A DNA stretch of 64,000 bases from IMG/VR virus record IMGVR_UViG_3300036834_000231, positions 32,283-96,282 of that record. One strand, 5' to 3'. Below, one piece after another: positions 57,635 through 64,000 of this stretch (within the stretch, counting starts at the first letter, position 1; every line of letters starts with the position of its first letter). The DNA comes from a virus. Position numbers and translations under genes: made by a program. The notes under the pieces were generated by a model. The model had not been told where the DNA came from and did not search any database. It worked only from the letters and a program-made list of their open reading frames with translations.

Positions 57635-60439
57635 ATGGCGCTCGCTCCAAATTTGACTTCGCGGCTGGGGACTCCCAATAGCCGTCTCGGTAACGAGGTG
57701 CTCGGCCAGGCGCCGGTCTGGACGCTCGTGCTGACGGAGATCTTTACGCAAGGGGATACGCTCGCGCGCGCCACAGGGAAATTGGTTACGGATGCGGTCT
57801 CGCCCGCCGAAACCTTGCTGCGGAGCGATGGCAAAGCGCTGACGGATGCGCAAACGCTGGCCGATACTTTCGTGCGAAGTGATTTTAAAGTGGCCTTGGA
57901 TACGGTTTCGATCAGCGAGGCCTTTGTGCGAGCCACCGGCAAAATAGCCTCCGATAGCGTTTCTTTGACGGATCTGGCGGCGCGTGGCGCAGCGAAGCCA
58001 TTCGCCGATGCGCAAACTTTGGCGGATATCACGGTGATACGCACTCCCGGCAAGGCCTGGACCGAGAGTTATGCAGTCGCGGACGCCTTCGCCCGGGCGA
58101 CCAGCAGAATCTTGACCGACGCGCAAACGCTGACAGATGTGACGGTGCTGCCGGCGGTCGGAAAAGCCTGGATCGAGACCGGCAGCCTAGTGGATATCAC
58201 AGTGATACGAACGCCCGGCAAGGCCTGGACCGAGAGCGGCACACTGGCAGAAGCGTTTGTCAGAGCGCCAGGCAAGGCGTTGGCCGATGCGCAAACCCTG
58301 GCGGATGTGACCGTGCTGCCGGCAGTCGGCAAGGCCTGGTCCGAGGCCAGCAGCTTAACTGATATCACAGTGATACGATCCACCACGAAAGTTTGGGCGG
58401 ATGTCGTGGCGCTGGCCGATACCGCGGCGCGGGCGGACGCGAAGACTTTCAGCGAGGCAGGGTCATTGACTGAGAGCCCGATTGTGCGGGTTCCCGGCAA
58501 AGCTTGGACGGACGTCATCGCTGGGACCGACGCCATGACGTGGGCGGGCTCCCGGACGATGGCCGATGCGGCGGCCTTGAACGATATCACGGTGATACGA
58601 TTAACCGGCAAAGTATTGGCAGAGAGTTGTGCGCTCGCCGATACCTTCGCCAAAGGGATTGTCGCCGCCAGGCAGTTCGCCGAGACGGGCGCTGTGAGCG
58701 ACGCCATCAGTCGACAGACGGGAAAAGCCGCTGCGGAGGCCTTCAGCCTGACGGAAGCGTTCACGCGGGACGATAGCCGGAACTTCGCTGACAGCACGGT
58801 CTTAAACGATACGCTCGCGCGGGGCGGCGCGAAAGCGCAGAGCGATGCCATCACGCTCAGCGATTCTTACTTGCGGGCTCCCGGCAAGGCCTGGCTTGAG
58901 CCCTTTGCGCCAAGCGATGTTTTGCAGAATGCCACGGCCAAGTTCTGGAGCGACGTGCTGACTCTTGGGGATGTCGTGGCGCGCGGCAAGTCGACCGAAT
59001 TCGACGAGACGCTAGCGATGCTCGAAACGCTCGCGCGGGCGGGCGCTAGGGAGCTGGACGAGACGCTATCGCTCGGGGATGCGATCACGCGCGCGACGGC
59101 GCGGGAATTGGATGAGGCGGTGACCGTGGCCGATCTGGCCATCACGCGGGATAGCGGACGCCAGTGGAGCGATGCGATTACGCCGCTCGACAGTCTGATC
59201 CGGGACACGGCAAAGCCCGCCGCCGAACTGCTTGCGGTGGCGGATGTCTTCTCGACGCAGGCGGTGTTGGGGCGGCTGTGGCAAGACTCCCTGACGCTTG
59301 CGGACAGCAGCTCGCGCGAGACGGGCGTGGCGCTAGCGGAAACCTTCGCGGTAGCGGACACCTGGAGCCGCCTCGGATTGTTTCAGCGCACGCTGCTCGA
59401 TCTCGTGACGGTCTCCGATCTGAGTCTGGGGTATGCCGGTCAGCATCAATTCGGCTTTGCCGAGAGCTTCATGCTGGCCGAGTCCTTGGTAACCCAAAGC
59501 CTTTTCGGGCGCGTCTTCTTCGATACGCTGCCGGTGGCAAGCGACCTGTCGCGCGCGCTGAACCGCGGAATCGCCGACGTGGTTACGACGATCGAGACTT
59601 TGGCGAAGAGCGGCAGCCGTACCTTAGAGGAAACCGGGCTCTTTCTCGAAGCGTTTACTAGAGACCTGCTGCGGCCTTTGCTCGATGCGCCTTTGCTCAT
59701 CGAAGCAGTGAGCCGGTTGACCGGGAAAACCTGCCTTGATAGCGTAGCGGTAAACGATACGTTGCAGAACGGCGGCGGACGGCAATTCTTCGAGATGGGG
59801 CTGCTCTCTGATGCGGCGCTGCGCAGCGTAGGGAAGGCCTTGACGGATGCGCCCTTGCCGGTCGAGACGCTGAGCCGCTTGCTCGCGAAAGGTTATTTCG
59901 ATAGCGTTGTGCTCAGCGATAGCTCGTCCCAGGGCGGCGGCAAGCAATTCCTTGAGACCGGCTCGCTCGCCGATTCGCTCGTGCGGAGTCCGCTGCGGCA
60001 ATTCCTCGATGCGCCCGTACCCATCGAATCCTTGCAGCGGTTGACGGCCAAGACCTGGTTCGATAGCCTCGCTTTGAGCGATGCGTTCGCGCGCACGTTC
60101 GCGGTGACGTCGAGCGACATGCTGACGCCGAGCGAGGCGGGTTATGCCTGGAGCCTCGGGCGCAGTTACCTTGAATCGATTGCGTTTTCCGATTCAGCCA
60201 TGCGCTCGATCGGCCGGGAAGTTTTCGACCTTCTCACCTTTTTCGAGGCGTATGCGGCGATCGTGCGCTATCCCGTTCCGCCTCCGGAATGGCGGCGCTT
60301 TGCGCCGCTCGATGGCCGCTTGACCCGGGCCGGGCAGCAAGTTCGCTTGTGGGCTTTGTTGCAGGAGCTCCGCTCGCGCTCGGGGCAGCGGGAAAACCGC
60401 TTGTTCCTCGCGCCGCCCGAGACGTTCACTGTTCGCTGA
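57635..60439 (+). CDS. 934-aa repeat fibre protein (19-20-aa period)
   Basis: Repeats such as DAQTLADITVIRTPGKAWT along nearly the whole length. Confidence 0.75.
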   Translation: MALAPNLTSRLGTPNSRLGNEVLGQAPVWTLVLTEIFTQGDTLARATGKLVTDAVSPAETLLRSDGKALTDAQTLADTFVRSDFKVALDTVSISEAFVRATGKIASDSVSLTDLAARGAAKPFADAQTLADITVIRTPGKAWTESYAVADAFARATSRILTDAQTLTDVTVLPAVGKAWIETGSLVDITVIRTPGKAWTESGTLAEAFVRAPGKALADAQTLADVTVLPAVGKAWSEASSLTDITVIRSTTKVWADVVALADTAARADAKTFSEAGSLTESPIVRVPGKAWTDVIAGTDAMTWAGSRTMADAAALNDITVIRLTGKVLAESCALADTFAKGIVAARQFAETGAVSDAISRQTGKAAAEAFSLTEAFTRDDSRNFADSTVLNDTLARGGAKAQSDAITLSDSYLRAPGKAWLEPFAPSDVLQNATAKFWSDVLTLGDVVARGKSTEFDETLAMLETLARAGARELDETLSLGDAITRATARELDEAVTVADLAITRDSGRQWSDAITPLDSLIRDTAKPAAELLAVADVFSTQAVLGRLWQDSLTLADSSSRETGVALAETFAVADTWSRLGLFQRTLLDLVTVSDLSLGYAGQHQFGFAESFMLAESLVTQSLFGRVFFDTLPVASDLSRALNRGIADVVTTIETLAKSGSRTLEETGLFLEAFTRDLLRPLLDAPLLIEAVSRLTGKTCLDSVAVNDTLQNGGGRQFFEMGLLSDAALRSVGKALTDAPLPVETLSRLLAKGYFDSVVLSDSSSQGGGKQFLETGSLADSLVRSPLRQFLDAPVPIESLQRLTAKTWFDSLALSDAFARTFAVTSSDMLTPSEAGYAWSLGRSYLESIAFSDSAMRSIGREVFDLLTFFEAYAAIVRYPVPPPEWRRFAPLDGRLTRAGQQVRLWALLQELRSRSGQRENRLFLAPPETFTVR

Positions 60440-60449
60440 TGGATGCACC

Positions 60450-60770
60450 ATGCCTCTCTTTGAGATGCCGGCCAAAGACGCCACGGAACTGCTCGACTAT
60501 CAGATCGACATGAGCAAGGAGCTGGCCGGGCGCCTGCCGAATGGCGCGAACGATACGCTGACCTCGGTCGTCTGGTCTACCGCCATCTGGGGATCCGCCG
60601 CGATCAGTGATCTGGTGGTCGAGCCGTTTTCGACGATGACCTCATCGACCGCCACGGTTTGGCTATCGGGCGGGACGCTTGGCAATGTCTATGAGGTGAG
60701 CGCCGTCATGCAAACCGCGGGCGGCAGGACTTATCACCGCTCGTTCAATCTGCCGGTGCAGACACGTTGA
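60450..60770 (+). CDS. Fibre-adaptor-like protein
   Basis: KD..ELLDY.ID...ATVWLSGGT.G..Y.V....T.GGRT..RS motif. Confidence 0.7.
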   Translation: MPLFEMPAKDATELLDYQIDMSKELAGRLPNGANDTLTSVVWSTAIWGSAAISDLVVEPFSTMTSSTATVWLSGGTLGNVYEVSAVMQTAGGRTYHRSFNLPVQTR

Positions 60771-60826
60771 AAGTTGGTATCATTGCATCGAAGGGCCAGC
60801 CGGTGGATACGGCCAGCCCTTTTGGG

Positions 60827-60907
60827 CTAAATTTCGATGTCGATTTTTAGCCTAGTTCGCCGCCGCCTGATGCAAATCAAAACGGCAACCAACATGAGAA
60901 GGTACAT
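60827..60907 (-). CDS. Type I toxin-like 26-aa peptide MYLLMLVAVLICIRRRRTRLKIDIEI
   Basis: AAAGGAGGTG RBS; homologous to the 9430 peptide and its leader. Confidence 0.68.
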   Translation of the reverse strand: MYLLMLVAVLICIRRRRTRLKIDIEI

Positions 60908-61070
60908 AGGCACCTCCTTTCTGCTTCAAGCCGCCCGCCTCTTACGAAGGCGGGCTTGCTGTTTACGAAGCTCCGATTGCAGCTTCCAGCCAAGACCACC
61001 AGCTCTTGCAGAACCTCCAGGATAGCCAACCGCAATTTTTAAGAAGATGGGAAGAACTTGCGGTATCATT

Positions 61071-61245
61071 GATTCGCCTGATGAGAATCAAACGGCAACC
61101 AACGCCAAGAGGAGCATAAGCACCTCCTTTCTGCTTCGAAGCTGAACCCGCCTTTCTAAGAGGCGGGTTTGCTGTTTAATGAAGCGCCGTTGAACGCTTC
61201 CAGCCCACCACCACTCTCAGCAGAATCTCCAGGATAGCCAACCGG
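61071..61245 (-). pseudogene. Second tandem copy of the toxin module, frameshifted after 9 codons
   Basis: Leader and RBS closely similar to 60908-61032; ATG at 61117 reads MLLLALVAV then TGA, due to a 1-nt deletion relative to copy 1. Confidence 0.6.
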
Positions 61246-61256
61246 CGAATACCGCC

Positions 61257-61784
61257 ATGATCCGCGTACAGTTCAAGGAAGACCTGCGGGCGCTGCTCGT
61301 AATCGAGACACGTTCGGCGCGTCTCGCGGAGGCGCTCGCAGCGAAGGTTAATGCCTTGAACGAACGCCTAAGGGAGCGCATCCAGGCAAAGTATTCGGGC
61401 GAGGTGGTAAACATTCGCACGGGCGCGCTGGTTCGTTCCGTGACGGTTGAGCCGGCCACGATTCTCGCGACCAGGGTGCGTGGCGGGGTGTCGGCGGGCG
61501 GTTCGCTCGCGCCCTATGCGATGCATCTGGAGTACGGTGCGGCGGCGCATCACATAGTCCCCCGCAAAACGGAGAAAGTGGCCTATCAGCGCTCGGCGCT
61601 ACGCTTCTTGATCGGGCACCAGGTGCTCTACCGGGCGTGGGTGAATATGCCTACGCTGCAGGCGCGGGAGGTCGTGCGCGGGACGCAGAAAGAGATGCTC
61701 GGCCAGTTCGTCAGCGAGATCCAAGAAACCGTGATGGACATCTTGAGCGCCAGGCCGCGTAGCGAAAGCGGTCGGTTCATTTGA
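61257..61784 (+). CDS. Neck/tail-completion protein (HK97 gp10-like)
   Basis: RTGALVRS, APYA.HLEYG...H.I.P. Confidence 0.75.
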   Translation: MIRVQFKEDLRALLVIETRSARLAEALAAKVNALNERLRERIQAKYSGEVVNIRTGALVRSVTVEPATILATRVRGGVSAGGSLAPYAMHLEYGAAAHHIVPRKTEKVAYQRSALRFLIGHQVLYRAWVNMPTLQAREVVRGTQKEMLGQFVSEIQETVMDILSARPRSESGRFI

Positions 61785-61785
61785 T

Positions 61786-62238
61786 ATGCAGAACCCGAGA
61801 GAAGCGATTTTCGAAGCGCTACTCGCGCAGCTCGCGACCGCGCAATTGAACGGCGATCCGGCGTTCGTCACCTTGTCGCGCAAATTTCAGCAGTGGGAAT
61901 CCGTGCCGGACGCGAATCAGCCGGCCGGGTTTCTGTTGAAAGGCTTCGAGCACGCCAATCAACGGAGCTATGGGGAAACCACTTGGCGGCTGCGAGCGCT
62001 CTTCTGGGTCTATTGTCTGCATTCGCCCGACTCCAGCTCGATCCCCGGCGCGATGTTGAACGAGTTGCTCGATGCGATCGAAGCCGCCATGCTGCCGCCG
62101 CCTGGCGGGTTGCAAACCTTGGGCGGGCTGGTTACGCACGCCTATATCGACGGCGACATCATCGTCTCGGAAGGCAGCTTGCCGGAGGACCGGCAGAGCA
62201 TAGCGGTCGTTCCGATTTCCATGGACACCGCGATCTAG
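61786..62238 (+). CDS. Tail terminator-like protein
   Basis: REAIFEAL; LNELLDAIEAAM..QTLGGLVTHAYIDG; position. Confidence 0.75.
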   Translation: MQNPREAIFEALLAQLATAQLNGDPAFVTLSRKFQQWESVPDANQPAGFLLKGFEHANQRSYGETTWRLRALFWVYCLHSPDSSSIPGAMLNELLDAIEAAMLPPPGGLQTLGGLVTHAYIDGDIIVSEGSLPEDRQSIAVVPISMDTAI

Positions 62239-62301
62239 TATCACGGTTCCATCCACCCGATATCACCAGGCTTTGGCCTGGCATTCCTCCGAAAGGATTC
62301 T

Positions 62302-63246
62302 ATGTCAGCTTATATTCAGTTCGGGAGCGGCCGGCTGTACGTTAACCCCACTGCCGGCAATCTCGCTACCAATCCGACGCCTTTACAGGGTCTCACCATT
62401 CAAGATGTCACGCTTGATGTGAGCGGCGACATCAAGGAACTCAAGGGCTCGCACCAGTTCCCGGACGACACCGCGGTGGCCGATAAGAAGGGCACCGGCA
62501 AATTCGGCATTGGCCGTAAGGATCTGACGATGTTCAATCAGATCTTCTTTGCCGACGCCGTGGTCGCAGGCGGCGTCTCGGTGAAGCCGGACGAGCTCCA
62601 CACGATTCTGACGTCTGCGGGCACCTGGGCCGCGACGCATGCCTATACCTTGGGCCAGACGATTCTCGACGGCGCGGGCCACATCCAGACCGTCACGACG
62701 GCGGGCACTTCGGGAAGTTCGACACCGACCTTCAATGATGCCGGCGGCACAACCACGGACGGATCGGTGACCTGGACCGATTCGGGACTCGCGGGCTCAA
62801 GCGCCGTGACCCCTCCCGGCTCGGGGACCTTCTTGGAAGATCTGGGCGTCTCCTTCTCCGCGACCGGCAAGGCTCTGCTCAAATTGCCGACCGGCACGCC
62901 GGCGACCGGACAGTATACGGTCGCAACCGGCGGCGTGTATACCTTCGCGGCCGCAGACACGGGGCTAGGGGTGCTCATCAGCTATAGCTATACGCTCGCT
63001 TCGACCGGCGCGATCTACCAAGTAAACAATCAGATTCTCGGCTACGGGCCGCAGGTTGAGATCTTCATGGTTGACCAGTATCAGCCTGTTTCGGGCGTGT
63101 TCAACGTGATTCACATCTACGCCGCCAAGATCAACAAGATCACGATCGGCAACAAGCGCGCCGACTATTCCATGCCGGAAGTGGATTTCGCCTTCTTCCA
63201 GGCTCCTTCGGGCCGCGTCCTCGACATGTATTCAGTCAACGGCTGA
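62302..63246 (+). CDS. Major tail (tube) protein
   Basis: FGSG.LY; IQDVTLDVSGDIKELKG..QFP; PATGQYTV..GVYTFAAAD.G..V.ISY.Y. Confidence 0.8.
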   Translation: MSAYIQFGSGRLYVNPTAGNLATNPTPLQGLTIQDVTLDVSGDIKELKGSHQFPDDTAVADKKGTGKFGIGRKDLTMFNQIFFADAVVAGGVSVKPDELHTILTSAGTWAATHAYTLGQTILDGAGHIQTVTTAGTSGSSTPTFNDAGGTTTDGSVTWTDSGLAGSSAVTPPGSGTFLEDLGVSFSATGKALLKLPTGTPATGQYTVATGGVYTFAAADTGLGVLISYSYTLASTGAIYQVNNQILGYGPQVEIFMVDQYQPVSGVFNVIHIYAAKINKITIGNKRADYSMPEVDFAFFQAPSGRVLDMYSVNG

Positions 63247-63251
63247 CGATC

Positions 63252-63836
63252 TTGTTAGTCAAGCGCGTGGCGGTGGGCGATAGCGAGCTCACGCTCGCGC
63301 CGCTCACCTTTGGACAAGTCGAAGAGCTGCTCTCGGGCGAACTGGCGGCCGAGGAGCTGCGCTGGATGCCGATTGCCTGGGCAATCGCTAATGGTGGCGG
63401 GCGAGCCGATCTCGCCGGCCTCAAGCAACAAGTGTGCCTCGAAGAGTATTTGCAGCTCTTTCAGAACGTGCTCGAACTGACGGGGCTCAAGCGGCGGAAG
63501 GATCGCCCCGATGATGGCCCGCCGGTGGACTTCGGCTATCTGCGCAGCCGCATGGCGGCCTTGTGCGGCTGGACGTTTGAGGAGTGCGAGCGGGCGCCGT
63601 TTCCTTATGTGATGCGCCTGTTCGAGTATTGGAACGAATTTCCCCCGGTCGATCTGCTGTTTCAGGGCTTCGTCGGCTATCAATCGCGGGATATCGCGGC
63701 GCACAACGAGTCGAGCCAGGCCGAGAAGGAAATGTTCGTCTCGATGTGGGGCGGCCAGGTGCGCGACGCGAAAGACCTGCCGCCATTCTTGCAGGCGGCG
63801 ATCGCCGATCTCAAGAAGAACAACAAGCCCAATTAA
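63252..63836 (+). CDS. Tail assembly chaperone-like protein
   Basis: Follows the tail tube; LAPLTFGQVE; GWT...YWNEFPP. Confidence 0.6.
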   Translation: MLVKRVAVGDSELTLAPLTFGQVEELLSGELAAEELRWMPIAWAIANGGGRADLAGLKQQVCLEEYLQLFQNVLELTGLKRRKDRPDDGPPVDFGYLRSRMAALCGWTFEECERAPFPYVMRLFEYWNEFPPVDLLFQGFVGYQSRDIAAHNESSQAEKEMFVSMWGGQVRDAKDLPPFLQAAIADLKKNNKPN

Positions 63837-63851
63837 CCAAAGAAGGAGCGT

Positions 63852-64000
63852 ATGAAACCGAATAGGATTCGCGAAGTGCATCTGAACGGCAACGTGTATC
63901 GCGTTGCGCCGCTCAAAATGTCGCAGATAGAAAGCTACGTCCACCAACAGACGATGAACCCGGCGCAGATGGAAGAAACGAGTTGGGCCTGCATTCAGGC
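63852..64000 (+). CDS. Second chaperone-like gene (partial, runs off the window)
   Basis: AAGGAG RBS; V.LNG..YRVAPLKMSQIE. Confidence 0.5.
   Translation, partial: MKPNRIREVHLNGNVYRVAPLKMSQIESYVHQQTMNPAQMEETSWACIQ

Larger units (their letters stand above)
1..64000. mobile_element. Tailed phage/prophage genome segment (siphovirus-like morphogenesis module plus accessory region)
   Basis: Gene order terS-terL-portal-protease-capsid-adaptor-neck-terminator-tail tube-chaperone at 42.7-64 kb; dense small ORFs; no host housekeeping genes; no integrase, lysis or replication genes recognised in the window. Confidence 0.92.

Noticed and set aside
1-64000. tRNA/rRNA genes, cas1/cas2, reverse transcriptase, integrase
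   Set aside because: None recognised by eye; tRNAscan-SE and HMM searches would be needed to exclude them formally.

Overview
This window is a ~60% GC tailed-phage or prophage segment, most likely siphovirus-like. The host is not determined; the Uma2 and small TM-coiled-coil gene expansions loosely suggest Acidobacteria (inference). From 0 to 42 kb it carries accessory and early genes: a radical SAM protein, a two-frame C5 methyltransferase, Ku plus an ATP-dependent ligase, a sigma-70 factor, six Uma2 nucleases, BrnTA, HigA, several type I toxin-like peptides, a leftward cluster of small early genes and an N4/N6 methyltransferase. From 42.7 to 64 kb it carries the morphogenesis module: TerS, TerL with two inteins, portal, protease/scaffold, major capsid, adaptor, a fibre block, neck, tail terminator, tail tube and chaperones. 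The standout locus is 33.1-36.6 kb. It has three parts: (1) a nuclease-dead, C-terminally truncated Cas12f/TnpB-like gene; (2) a ~190-nt structured non-coding RNA containing an anti-repeat, CCCGAGGCT; (3) a 2-kb array of about 58 copies of a 7-bp mini-repeat, GCYTCGG, separated by mostly unique spacers of variable length. This is a candidate phage-encoded, highly multiplexed RNA-guided DNA-binding system that standard CRISPR finders would likely miss. All family assignments come from motif recognition by eye; no database search was run.
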